Shown: positions 1 to 9,181 of the stretch, in pieces
Position numbering within the stretch: position 1 is the first letter of the stretch
Layout: the number at the start of each line of letters is the position of its first letter
DNA from: an uncultured delta proteobacterium
Lineage (GTDB): Bacteria > Myxococcota > Myxococcia > Myxococcales > Myxococcaceae
Reading direction: 5' to 3'
Length of the DNA: 64,000 bases
Assembly: GCA_963796055.1 (NCBI GenBank)
Contig: CAWCKH010000004.1
Location: 2,784,001-2,848,000, forward strand
Made by a program: the position numbers and the translations under genes
The notes under the pieces: generated by a model
Databases searched by the model: none
What the model saw: only the letters and a program-made list of their open reading frames with translations
What the model was told of the DNA's origin: nothing

Positions 1-1011
1 GTTGAGAGAGCTCACCGCGGCCGCGTCGGTTTCCAGCACCTTCTGCCAGAGCTCGTGCGGCGTCCGGGCGTCGAAGGGGGTGCGGCCGGTGAGCATCTCG
101 TAGAGGATGACCCCCAGCGAGTAGAGATCGGCGCGGGCGTCGAGGCCCTCGCCGAGGATCTGCTCCGGGGCCATGTAGCGGAACGTGCCCACCAGCCGGC
201 CGTCGGCGGTGACCGCCCCGTCGTCGGCGAGGAACTTGGCCAGCCCGAAGTCCATCAGGCGCACCAGCCGGTCCTCGTCGACCATCACGTTGCTCGGCTT
301 GAGGTCGCGGTGAACCAGGCCGTGGCCATGGATGTAGCTCAGCGCGCTCGCCAGCTGGGTCATCGCGTCCTTCAGTCGGCCGGTCCGCTCGGGCCGGTTC
401 AGCGCGGTCAGGTCCGGAGCGCGGGGCGCGGGCTCGGCATGGGGGCGCTCCACGGGTGGCGCGCTCGGGGTCTCGCTCACGCTCACCTCGCGGGACTCCT
501 GGGTGTCGGGCTCGTCCGCGGCGTCGGCCAGGGCGCGCACGCTCTCCGGGCCGCTGGAGTACGAGACCTCCTCGCTGGGTGGCTCCTGGGCGAAGGCGCT
601 CAAGGTGAAGGTCTGTGGCGCCCACTCCCCGGTATCGGTGTCGTGCCAGGGGAGGCTGGGCTCGTCGCGCCTCCGGCCGGGGAGGCCGATCGCCGGAGAG
701 CCGCTGAGGTCGAGCTCGAGGTAGTTCCGCAGGGTGAGCCCCTCCACCAGCTCCATGGCCAGATACGGGTAGCCGTGGTGCACCCCGGTGTCGAAGACCT
801 TCACCACGTTGGGGTGTGACAGCTCGGCCAGCGTCTCGAACTCGCGGGCCAGCCGCCGCGCCGCGCGCGGATCCAGCGCCGGACCGGTGGAGAGGAGCTT
901 CAACGCCACGGGCTCACCGGTGCGGCGGTCGAGCGCGCGGTACACCGTCCCCGCGCCTCCACTGCCGAGCGTATCGAGGACGCGGTAGGGGCCGATGACC
1001 TTGGGTGGCAT
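1..1011 (-). CDS. Hanks-type Ser/Thr protein kinase (3' end outside window) with large insert in kinase domain
   Basis: Manual translation from ATG 1011: [37 protein letters not shown]. Absent from the ORF track because it runs off the edge. Confidence 0.92.
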   Translation of the reverse strand, partial: MPPKVIGPYRVLDTLGSGGAGTVYRALDRRTGEPVALKLLSTGPALDPRAARRLAREFETLAELSHPNVVKVFDTGVHHGYPYLAMELVEGLTLRNYLELDLSGSPAIGLPGRRRDEPSLPWHDTDTGEWAPQTFTLSAFAQEPPSEEVSYSSGPESVRALADAADEPDTQESREVSVSETPSAPPVERPHAEPAPRAPDLTALNRPERTGRLKDAMTQLASALSYIHGHGLVHRDLKPSNVMVDEDRLVRLMDFGLAKFLADDGAVTADGRLVGTFRYMAPEQILGEGLDARADLYSLGVILYEMLTGRTPFDARTPHELWQKVLETDAAAVSSLN

Positions 1012-1036
1012 CCGGGAAGCATTAGAGTCGGGGTCC

Positions 1037-1774
1037 ATGCCCCGTGCCACAGCTGAGCTGCCGAAACCCCGCACTCCGCGGACACTTTGCATCGACATCG
1101 GCGGGACGGGGGTCAAGGCGCTGGTGCTCGACACCGCCGGCGAGCCGGTGACGGAGCGGGTCCGGGTGGAGACTCCACGCCCGGCCACTCCCAGGCGGGT
1201 CCTCCAGGCGATCTGGGCCCTGCTCGAGCCGCTGGGCCCCTTCGAGCGGGCGTCGGTGGGGTTCCCCGGGGTGGTGGTGGACGGCGTCGTCAAGACGGCG
1301 CCCAACCTCCACCCGGACTGGACCGCCTTCCCGCTGGCGCGGGCACTGCAAGACCGCGTCCGTCGTCCGACCCGGGTCCTCAATGACGCGGGGATGCAGG
1401 GGTACGGAGTGGTGGAGGGCCGCGGCGTGGAGATGCTCCTGACCTTCGGTACCGGGATGGGCTGCGCGCTGTTCAACGAGGGGGTCTACGTGCCGAACCT
1501 CGAGCTGGCCCACCACCCGTTCCGGAAAGGAAAGACGTACGAGGACTACGTGGGTGCCCGCGCGCTCGCGGCGGTGGGGAAGAAGCGGTGGAACCGCCGG
1601 GTCGCCCGGGTGGTGGGCCAGGTGTTGCCGATCTTCAATCCGCGCCGCCTCTACCTCGGGGGTGGAAACGCCAAGCACATCGAGATCGACCTGCCGCCCG
1701 AGGTGCATCTGGTGGCGAACATCGCCGGGCTGCTCGGTGGCATCGCGCTCTGGAGAGACCCGGGCGGAGCATGA
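1037..1774 (+). CDS. ppgK: ROK-family polyphosphate glucokinase
   Basis: [32 protein letters not shown] motifs. Confidence 0.8.
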   Translation: MPRATAELPKPRTPRTLCIDIGGTGVKALVLDTAGEPVTERVRVETPRPATPRRVLQAIWALLEPLGPFERASVGFPGVVVDGVVKTAPNLHPDWTAFPLARALQDRVRRPTRVLNDAGMQGYGVVEGRGVEMLLTFGTGMGCALFNEGVYVPNLELAHHPFRKGKTYEDYVGARALAAVGKKRWNRRVARVVGQVLPIFNPRRLYLGGGNAKHIEIDLPPEVHLVANIAGLLGGIALWRDPGGA

Positions 1775-1823
1775 CGCTGCGCGTGGACGCTCCGGCCCTG
1801 CTCGCATACGGTGCGCCGCTGTG

Positions 1824-2588
1824 ATGGCGCCGGCCGTGGAGCGCGACCCGCTGGAGATGCAGATCCGGGAGCGGCCCGTGCCTGCGCACGTGGGCATCAT
1901 CATGGATGGCAATGGCCGCTGGGCGGAGGAGAGGGGTCTGCCCCGGCTGGAGGGTCACCGGGAAGGGAGCAACAGCGTGCGCGAGGTGACCCGGACCGCG
2001 CGCCGCATCGGAGTGCAGGCGCTGACGCTCTACGCCTTCTCGGCGCAGAACTGGTCGCGCCCGGCGGACGAGGTGGCCGGGCTGATGGACCTGCTCCGCG
2101 AGTACCTCGAATCGGAGCGGCAGGAGATCCTCGAGAACGGCATCCGCCTCGAGGCGGTGGGCGAGCTGGACCGGCTCCCCCGCTTCGTCCGGGCCCCGCT
2201 GGAGGCGGTGCGGGAGGCCTCGGCGCGGAACCGGGGCATGGTGCTCACCCTGGCCCTGAGCTACGGCGGACAGGAGGAGATCGCCGCCGCGGCCGATGCG
2301 CTCGTCCGCCGCGCCCGAGCCGGGACGCTGCCGCCCGGCCCGGTCGACGTGGAGACCTTCGCCTCGGCGCTCTGGACCGGCCGCCTGCCCCCGGTGGACC
2401 TGGTCATCCGCACCAGCGGCGAGACGCGGGTGAGCAACTTCATGCTGTGGCAATCGGCCTACGCCGAATTCATCTTCGTGGACACGCTGTGGCCCGAGTT
2501 CCGCGCTCGGCAATTCCTGGAAGCCGTGCTGGAGTACCAGCATCGCGAGCGCCGGTTCGGGCTCACCTCGGCACAGCTTCCCAAGTGA
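1824..2588 (+). CDS. uppS: Isoprenyl transferase / undecaprenyl diphosphate synthase
   Basis: HVGIIMDGNGRWA, YAFSAQNWSRP, DLVIRTSGETRVSNF. Confidence 0.96.
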   Translation: MAPAVERDPLEMQIRERPVPAHVGIIMDGNGRWAEERGLPRLEGHREGSNSVREVTRTARRIGVQALTLYAFSAQNWSRPADEVAGLMDLLREYLESERQEILENGIRLEAVGELDRLPRFVRAPLEAVREASARNRGMVLTLALSYGGQEEIAAAADALVRRARAGTLPPGPVDVETFASALWTGRLPPVDLVIRTSGETRVSNFMLWQSAYAEFIFVDTLWPEFRARQFLEAVLEYQHRERRFGLTSAQLPK

Positions 2589-3433
2589 ACGAGAAGAACC
2601 GAAACCTCGTCGTCCGCATCGCCACCGCGCTGCTCCTCCTCCCGGCGGTGCTGGCGCTGCTGGTGCTGGGCGGCTGGTGGACCGCGGCGCTGGTCTCCGC
2701 CGCCGCCGGCGCCTGCGCGCTGGAGTACCAGCTCATCACCCAGGGCCGCCTGGGCCCGGCCGAGCTGCTGGCGGTGCTCGGGGCGGCGCTGATCCCCCTG
2801 GTCGCCGCGGCGCGCCCCCTCGACTTCACCGCCATCGCCTCCTGGGTCCTGTGGGGGGTGTTCGTCGCTGCCTCGGTGCAGGGGCTCTTCTCTTCCGACC
2901 GGGAGCGCGCACCGGCCCGCGCCGCGCATGCGGTCGCCGGATGCCTGTACGGCGGGCTGGGTCTCGGTCCCATCGCCGCGCTCCGGGTGGGTCCGGCGGG
3001 GCTGCAGTGGGTGATCTCCGCGCTGGTCATCACCTGGGCGAACGACACCTGCGCCTACTTCGCCGGGCGGCTCTTCGGGCGGCACAAGCTCCACCCCGCG
3101 GTCAGCCCCAACAAGACCTGGGAGGGCTTCGCCGGGGGCGTGGTGGGCTCGGTGGCGGGGATGTTCATCACCCGCTGGGTGGCCTTCCCCGCGCTGACCC
3201 CCGTCGACTGCCTGGCGCTGGGCCTGCTCGGCGCGGTCCTCGGCCCGCTGGGAGATCTCTGCGAGTCGCTGCTCAAGCGCGCCCACGGGGTGAAGGACTC
3301 CGGCACGCTGATCCCCGGGCACGGGGGGCTCCTCGACCGGGTGGACGCCCTGCTGTTCAATGCGCCCGCGGTGTACCTCTACGTGGTGGCCGTTCGCGGA
3401 CTCCTGGTCGGATCCCCTCCGGGCACATTGTGA
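2585..3433 (+). CDS. cdsA: Phosphatidate cytidylyltransferase
   Basis: GTG start overlapping uppS stop; SPNKTWEG, GDLCESLLKR, KDSGTLIPGHGGLLDRVD. Confidence 0.95.
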   Translation: MNEKNRNLVVRIATALLLLPAVLALLVLGGWWTAALVSAAAGACALEYQLITQGRLGPAELLAVLGAALIPLVAAARPLDFTAIASWVLWGVFVAASVQGLFSSDRERAPARAAHAVAGCLYGGLGLGPIAALRVGPAGLQWVISALVITWANDTCAYFAGRLFGRHKLHPAVSPNKTWEGFAGGVVGSVAGMFITRWVAFPALTPVDCLALGLLGAVLGPLGDLCESLLKRAHGVKDSGTLIPGHGGLLDRVDALLFNAPAVYLYVVAVRGLLVGSPPGTL

Positions 3434-3469
3434 CCGGGGCGATCGGCGGTTAACTTCCGGCTCCAAGGG

Positions 3470-5092
3470 ATGGACCTTCAGAATCTGGCCGCGTTCGTGC
3501 TCCTGCTCGGGGCGCTCGTCTTCGTCCACGAGCTCGGGCATTTCCTCGTCGCCAAGGCGGTGGGGGTGAAGGTCCTGCGCTTCTCCATCGGCTTCGGCCC
3601 GCCGCTGTTCAGCTTCACCCGCGGAGAGACCGAGTACCGCATCGCCGCGCTCCCGCTGGGCGGGTACGTGAAGATGGCGGGGGAGGTGCCGGGCGAGGAC
3701 GCCACGCCCGAGGACGAGGCCCGGAGCTACCTGGCGCAGCCGCCGTGGAAGCGGATGCTGATCGTCGTCGCCGGCCCGGCGTTCAACCTCATCTTCCCAC
3801 TGCTGATCTTCTTCGTGGTGATCGTCAGCTACCCCCAGCCGTCCACCGCGGTGCTGCGGGTCATCCCCGGCATGCCGGCGGCCGAGGCAGGCATCCGGGT
3901 GGGCGACGTGGTGACCGAGGTCGACGGCCGGCCGGTTCGCTCCCTGGAGGAGATGCAGTGGGCGCTGGTCGGCAAGGCCGGCCGGCGTATCCCGGTGGTG
4001 GTCCAGCGCGACGGGCAGCCGGTCCGGCTGGTGGTGACCCCGTCGGCCGAGGGAGCCACCCGCAACCGCGGGCTCATCGGCATCGCCCCGAACCGGGCCC
4101 CCCCGGTGGTCGGGGTGCGGCGGGGAGGCCCCGCCGAGCGGGCCGGGGTCCAGACGCTGGACCGCGTGCTGTCGGTGAACGGCCGCCCGGTGGCGGATCT
4201 CCCGGCGCTCGAGCGTGAGGTCGCGAGCGCGACCGGCCCGGAGCTCACCCTGCAGATCATCCGCCGCGTGCCGGCCGAGGTGCCGGGGCTCGAGGCGAGC
4301 GTGCCCAGGGTGGAGACGGTGCAGGTACCGCGGCAAGACGGCACAGCGATGGCTGCGTTCGGCCTCGAGCCGGCGGACGTCTACTCCCTGCTCTACGTGG
4401 GCCGGGTGCTTCCCGGGAGCGCTGCTGCCGATGCGGGCTTCGTCCGGGGCGACCGCCTGGAGGCGATCGACGGGAAGCAGATCCGCTCGCGCGAGCAGCT
4501 GTTCCGCCGGCTCGCCGAGCTGAAGGACCGGCCGTTCCGGCTCACCTGGGTCCACGACGGCGCCTCGCGCGAGGCGGAGCTGCGGATGCGGCCCGCGAAG
4601 GCCAGCGGTGACGGCGCCGGCGGCGAGGCGGAGGCGTTCGAGCTCGGCATCCGCTTCGAGTCGGGGACGCCCGGGGACAAGGGGTCCGATGCCAAGGTGC
4701 GGGTGAGCCCCGGGCTGGCACTGGTGACCGCGGCCCACCGCCTCGGGGAGGCGATCGCGGACACCGCGGCCGGGCTGGCGAAGCTGCTGACCGGCCAGGT
4801 GTCCTTCAAGAACGTCGGCGGGCCGATCATGATCTACGGCATCGCCGGGAAGGCGGCGCAGGCGGGGCTCGACTACTTCCTGAACCTCATGGCGATCATC
4901 TCGGTGAACCTGGGGCTCATCAACCTGGTTCCTATCCCCGCCCTGGACGGCTTCCAGCTGCTCTCGGCGGCGTGGGAGGCGGTGCGGCGCCGGCCGATCC
5001 CGATGCGTGCGCGGGAGATCGCCAACGCGGTGGGGATCGTGGCGCTCATCGTGCTCATGGTCCTGGTCTGCGTGAACGACCTCACGCGCTGA
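3470..5092 (+). CDS. rseP: RIP metalloprotease RseP (M50) with three PDZ-like domains
   Basis: HELGH, GGYVKM, NLVPIPALDG; position after uppS-cdsA. Confidence 0.94.
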   Translation: MDLQNLAAFVLLLGALVFVHELGHFLVAKAVGVKVLRFSIGFGPPLFSFTRGETEYRIAALPLGGYVKMAGEVPGEDATPEDEARSYLAQPPWKRMLIVVAGPAFNLIFPLLIFFVVIVSYPQPSTAVLRVIPGMPAAEAGIRVGDVVTEVDGRPVRSLEEMQWALVGKAGRRIPVVVQRDGQPVRLVVTPSAEGATRNRGLIGIAPNRAPPVVGVRRGGPAERAGVQTLDRVLSVNGRPVADLPALEREVASATGPELTLQIIRRVPAEVPGLEASVPRVETVQVPRQDGTAMAAFGLEPADVYSLLYVGRVLPGSAAADAGFVRGDRLEAIDGKQIRSREQLFRRLAELKDRPFRLTWVHDGASREAELRMRPAKASGDGAGGEAEAFELGIRFESGTPGDKGSDAKVRVSPGLALVTAAHRLGEAIADTAAGLAKLLTGQVSFKNVGGPIMIYGIAGKAAQAGLDYFLNLMAIISVNLGLINLVPIPALDGFQLLSAAWEAVRRRPIPMRAREIANAVGIVALIVLMVLVCVNDLTR

Positions 5093-5162
5093 GGTCCCCT
5101 CGTTGTCCGTCCGGGAGCGACGCAGCACGTCCTCCGCAGCTGCGACCGCCCGCCGCGGAGGG

Positions 5163-5561
5163 GTGCGGCGGGGTTTGCTGCTCCTGCTGCTGGTGGTGGG
5201 ATGCGCGAGGAACCTCCGGTCCGAGGGAGCCGGTGAGGAGGGCGAGGCCTCGTGGTACGGCCCAGGCCTCTACGGGCGAAAGACGGCCAGCGGCGAGGTG
5301 CTGCGGCCGGGAACGCTCACCGCCGCGCACCGCACCTTGCCCTTTGGCACGTGCCTGCGGGTCACCAACCTCGAGAACGGGCGGGCGGTGGAGGTGCGGG
5401 TGAACGATCGGGGGCCGTACGCGGGAAACCGGATCGTCGACGTGTCCGAGGCGGCGGCCCGGGCCCTGGGAATGCACGGCCGAGGCGTCACCCGCGTTCG
5501 CCTCGACCGCTGCGCCGGGAGCGCGGATCTGGACGCGCCCGGCTCCGAGGTGCCCACCTAA
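5163..5561 (+). CDS. rlpA: RlpA-family lytic transglycosylase lipoprotein
   Basis: Lipobox-like VVGC; GEASWYG, TASGE, TAAHRTLPFGT, VRVNDRGPY; start uncertain. Confidence 0.88.
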   Translation: MRRGLLLLLLVVGCARNLRSEGAGEEGEASWYGPGLYGRKTASGEVLRPGTLTAAHRTLPFGTCLRVTNLENGRAVEVRVNDRGPYAGNRIVDVSEAAARALGMHGRGVTRVRLDRCAGSADLDAPGSEVPT

Positions 5562-5564
5562 ACC

Positions 5565-5602
5565 TCTGGATCCAGAAGACAAATCGAGGTGTCAGACACC
5601 TC
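5565..5602. repeat. Two adjacent intergenic palindromes (REP-like)
   Basis: TCTGGATCCAGA 5565-5576 and GAGGTGTC-A-GACACCTC 5586-5602. Confidence 0.55.
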
Positions 5603-5661
5603 CGCGGGCAGATCCCCGGCTTGCGTCCGACAGGCGGAGAGCGCAAAGCACCGCCCCTGGG

Positions 5662-6396
5662 ATGATCGTCGCTCTGGACAGCTCCACGCTCACGCTCTCC
5701 CTCGCCGTGGGGCGGGCCGGTGAGCCCGCGCCGCTGCGGGTCGAGCGCCTCGGTCCGCCCGCGAGGATGAGCGACCTGCTGCCCGGGGCGCTCCTGGATC
5801 TCCTCGCCCGGGCGGGGCTCACCCTGGCGGACGTGCGCGGCTTCGTGGTGGGGCTCGGTCCGGGCAGCTTCACCGGGCTGCGGATCGGGCTGGCCACGGT
5901 GAAGGGCCTGGCGTACGCCCGCCGGCTTCCGGCGACCGGTGCGTCATCGCTCGCCGCGCTGGCGCTGGAGGGACCGGAGAGCATCCCGCTCGCCGCGGTG
6001 GCGGTCGCGCGCCGCGGGGAGCTCTACCTCGGCCGCTACCTTCGCACGGGCGGGCAGGTCGAGGCGCTCGCGCCCGAGCTGGCCTGCACCGAGGGGGACG
6101 TCGCGCGCTGGCTGGTGTCCGAGCCCACCGCGCGCGTGCTCGGCCCCGCCGTTCACGAGGTCCGCCAGGCGCTGCTGGCAGCGGGTGTTCCGGCCTCCCG
6201 CCTGCTCGAGACGCCCGACGTGCCCTCGGCGTGGGCGGTGGCGAGGCTCGCCGGCGAGCTGCCGCCCTTCGACGTGCAGGCTCTCTCCGCGCTCGAGCCG
6301 CACTACGTCCGTGCCTCGGAGGCCGAGCGCAATCCGAAATTTCCACCGCTGCCCGGCCCGGCACCGGCGGCACGCATCCGCGGCGAGGAGGGCTGA
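5662..6396 (+). CDS. tsaB: tRNA t6A biosynthesis protein TsaB
   Basis: ALDSST, GLGPGSFTGLRIG, C-terminal LEPHYVR. Confidence 0.92.
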   Translation: MIVALDSSTLTLSLAVGRAGEPAPLRVERLGPPARMSDLLPGALLDLLARAGLTLADVRGFVVGLGPGSFTGLRIGLATVKGLAYARRLPATGASSLAALALEGPESIPLAAVAVARRGELYLGRYLRTGGQVEALAPELACTEGDVARWLVSEPTARVLGPAVHEVRQALLAAGVPASRLLETPDVPSAWAVARLAGELPPFDVQALSALEPHYVRASEAERNPKFPPLPGPAPAARIRGEEG

Positions 6397-6400
6397 GGGG

Positions 6401-7426
6401 ATGGAGCGGAGCTGGGAGATCGCCGTGGTGGGCGCCACGGGCGTGGTGGGGCGCGAGCTGGTGGGAGTCCTGGCCCAGTCTGGACATCCGGCCGACCGGG
6501 TGCGGCTGCTGGCCTCGGAGCGTTCCGCGGGCGAGGAGCTTCCGTTCGGCGACGAGACGCTCGAGGTGGAGGTCGCCCGCGCCGACACCCTCCGCGGCGC
6601 GCGGCTGGTCTTCCTCGCCACCCCGGCGGACGTGTCGCGCACCCTGGCCCAGGTGGCGGAGGCGGCCGGAGCGGTGGTGGTGGACACGAGCCGGGCCTTC
6701 GTCTCGGACCTCAAGACTCCGGTGGTGTTCCCCCGGGTGCCGGGAGCAGGCCTGGGCCGAGCGCCGGGCGCACGGCGCTTCCGGGTGCCCGGGCCGGTGA
6801 GTCAGGCGCTCCTCGGCTGCCTCGAGCCGCTCCGCGCCGCGGCCGGTCTCCGCGAGGTGCACTGCTCGGCCTTCATCTGCGCCTCCGCGGCGGGGAGGGA
6901 CGGTGTCGCCGAGCTGGAAGGGCAGACCGCAGCGCTCCTCGCGGGCCGCGAGCTCGAGCCGACACACTTCCCGCACCGGCTGGGCTTCAACCTCGTGCCC
7001 CAGGTGGGGCCCTTCAGCGAGGGGAGCGGGTCGACGCTGGAGGAGCTGTCGTGGCGCGCCGAGACAGGACTGCTCTGGGGGCGCGCAGCCCCGGTGCTCG
7101 ACGGCACGGCGGTGTGGGTGCCGACGTTCTACGGAGACCTGGTCGTGATGCACGTCCGCCTGGGACGGGCGATGACGCCGGCGGAGGCACGGCAGCTGCT
7201 CCAGGCCGCGCCGGGGCTCAAGGTGCTCGACGCCCCGGCCGAGCGGGTCTACCCGATGCCGATGCTCGTGACCGCGGACGACGCCATCCACGTCGGGCGG
7301 ATCCGCTCCTTCGCTGGCAGCACCGACGCGCTGGAGCTGGTCGCGGCCGTCGACAACGCCGGCGCCACCGCCCGGCTCTGCCTCGAGGTGGCCGCGCTGG
7401 TGACCGGGTCGGCTGTGACAAATTGA
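6401..7426 (+). CDS. Asd/Usg-like protein, catalytic residues apparently substituted
   Basis: VVGATGVVG, LASERSAG, GFNLVP, YPMP, VGRIR, DN; no NPNC catalytic Cys. Confidence 0.82.
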   Translation: MERSWEIAVVGATGVVGRELVGVLAQSGHPADRVRLLASERSAGEELPFGDETLEVEVARADTLRGARLVFLATPADVSRTLAQVAEAAGAVVVDTSRAFVSDLKTPVVFPRVPGAGLGRAPGARRFRVPGPVSQALLGCLEPLRAAAGLREVHCSAFICASAAGRDGVAELEGQTAALLAGRELEPTHFPHRLGFNLVPQVGPFSEGSGSTLEELSWRAETGLLWGRAAPVLDGTAVWVPTFYGDLVVMHVRLGRAMTPAEARQLLQAAPGLKVLDAPAERVYPMPMLVTADDAIHVGRIRSFAGSTDALELVAAVDNAGATARLCLEVAALVTGSAVTN

Positions 7427-7502
7427 CAGGTGGGGCCACGGAGGCCTGTCGCGTTGACGTTCCGGTGCTCGCCCCCACCCCCTGGTTGCGGGGCGCGACA
7501 GC

Positions 7503-7518
7503 TGGCCCCGCCCTTGCT
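7503..7518 (+). promoter_or_regulatory. Possible sigma54 -24/-12 promoter
   Basis: TGGCCCCGCCCTTGCT has the TGGC-N7-TTGCT spacing, upstream of ATG 7532. Confidence 0.4.
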
Positions 7519-7531
7519 ATCCCTCGGGCGG

Positions 7532-8449
7532 ATGCCCACACGACTTCGCGCGGGGCTGGTGCTCCTCGTGCTCGCGAGCCCGGCCGTGGCCCAGACGGTG
7601 TCCCTGGCGTTCTCCGGGACCACCGCCACCACCCAGTCCGTCAACCAGGGGGACTGCAACGGCAACACTGCGTACCGTGTGACGTGGACCGCGAGCAACC
7701 TGGTTTCGGGCAACGTCTGCAATAACTTGCAGATCTTCGTCACCAACTCGACCAGCTGCCCCGAGACGCCGGCCACGTCCACCACGGACGGCGGGACCGG
7801 AGACATCATCATCGGGACGGTGGGGATCAGCGATCTCGCGACCGGTACCGGGACCCTGGACAGCCAGCGCTTCCGGGACATGCCGGGGCTCGGAGGCAAC
7901 TGCCCCGATGGGGTCGACGTCACAAACGCGGTCTGCGCCTCCGTGAACTACCGGGCGACGGGTGCGACGAGCTGCAGCCCGCTGGGCAGCGCCACCAGCA
8001 TCTCGCTGAACTACGACGCGAAGCCGCCGCAGCCACCGGGCATGAACCTGCTGCCGCAGGACTCGAAGATCGTCGTCCAGCTCGATCCCAATGGAGAATC
8101 GAACCTGTCGGTCTACCGGGTCGAGTATCACCCGGAGCTCTCGGGCGATGCCGGCATCCTCTGGCTCTCCGTCCCCGATCTGTTGGCGACGAAGACCAGC
8201 CAGACGATCTCCGGCCTCACCAACGGCCAGACGTACCTCGTGCGAGCCCGGTCGGTGGACCAGGTTAACAACATCTCGGCGTACACGGCCGAGCAGCCCG
8301 CGACGCCCGAGGCCTCCAACGGGTTCTGGGGCGAGTACAAGGCCGCCGGCGGGCACGAGCTCGGTGGCTGCAACGCCGCAGGTGCGACGGTGCCCTCGCT
8401 GGTGGGCGCGCTGGCGGTGATCGCCGCTCTGCTCCGGAGGCGCCGATGA
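7532..8449 (+). CDS. Secreted Cys-containing FN3 protein with MYXO-CTERM-like tail (MXAN_2561-like)
   Basis: Signal peptide; FN3-like GLTNGQTYLVRARSVD; C-terminal GGC + hydrophobic stretch + RRRR. Confidence 0.8.
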   Translation: MPTRLRAGLVLLVLASPAVAQTVSLAFSGTTATTQSVNQGDCNGNTAYRVTWTASNLVSGNVCNNLQIFVTNSTSCPETPATSTTDGGTGDIIIGTVGISDLATGTGTLDSQRFRDMPGLGGNCPDGVDVTNAVCASVNYRATGATSCSPLGSATSISLNYDAKPPQPPGMNLLPQDSKIVVQLDPNGESNLSVYRVEYHPELSGDAGILWLSVPDLLATKTSQTISGLTNGQTYLVRARSVDQVNNISAYTAEQPATPEASNGFWGEYKAAGGHELGGCNAAGATVPSLVGALAVIAALLRRRR

Positions 8450-9180
8450 GAGTCGCGGCGCTCCTGGTCCTGCTGGCGGCCTGGGAGGCGTCCGCCCAGA
8501 CGGTGGTGCAGATCAAGCAGGAACCTCCCGCCGAGCCCCAGGTGGGAGTCCTGTTCGAGCTGAAGATGGGGACGCTGATCCCCCGTGTCGGCGACGAGCA
8601 GGGCCTCAGCTCGAACCCCTACCAGACCATCTTCGGCAACAAGAGCATGCTGTACGGCGGCGGCGAGGTCGACTTCATCGCCTGGCACGGCTACGGCGCG
8701 GTGACCGTCGGCTTCGCTGCCGGCTACGCCGAGAAGTACGCCCCGGCGCTGCTGGTCACCAACGACCAGACGAACGGGCAGCCGTCCACCGAGAAGACCG
8801 CGCTGATCATCTTCCCGCTCCGGCTCCCGGTGGCATACCGCTTCGACGTCACCTGGTCCCGGTGGCGGATCCCCCTCGTGCCCTACTTCAAGGTCGCGCT
8901 GCTGGCGACGCCCTGGCGGGTGACCAAGGGCGGCACCACCGAGGTGGTGAACGGCCAGACCGGTTCCGGTCTCAAGTGGGGGTATGGCTTCACCGGGGGC
9001 GTGGCCTTCGTGCTCGACGTGCTCTCCGCGCAGATGGCCAAGGACATGACGACGAACACGGGCATCCGCCACACCTACATCTTCGCCGAGTACAATCTGG
9101 ATCAACTGACGGACTTCGGGAAGAACAACCTGAACCTCTCGGCCCGCTGGTTCACCTTCGGGCTCGGCTTCGAGTTCTAG
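8446..9180 (+). CDS. Outer-membrane beta-barrel protein (MXAN_2562-like)
   Basis: Signal peptide, amphipathic strands, terminal FGLGFEF beta-signal; ATGA overlap. Confidence 0.78.
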   Translation: MRVAALLVLLAAWEASAQTVVQIKQEPPAEPQVGVLFELKMGTLIPRVGDEQGLSSNPYQTIFGNKSMLYGGGEVDFIAWHGYGAVTVGFAAGYAEKYAPALLVTNDQTNGQPSTEKTALIIFPLRLPVAYRFDVTWSRWRIPLVPYFKVALLATPWRVTKGGTTEVVNGQTGSGLKWGYGFTGGVAFVLDVLSAQMAKDMTTNTGIRHTYIFAEYNLDQLTDFGKNNLNLSARWFTFGLGFEF

Positions 9181-9181
9181 C

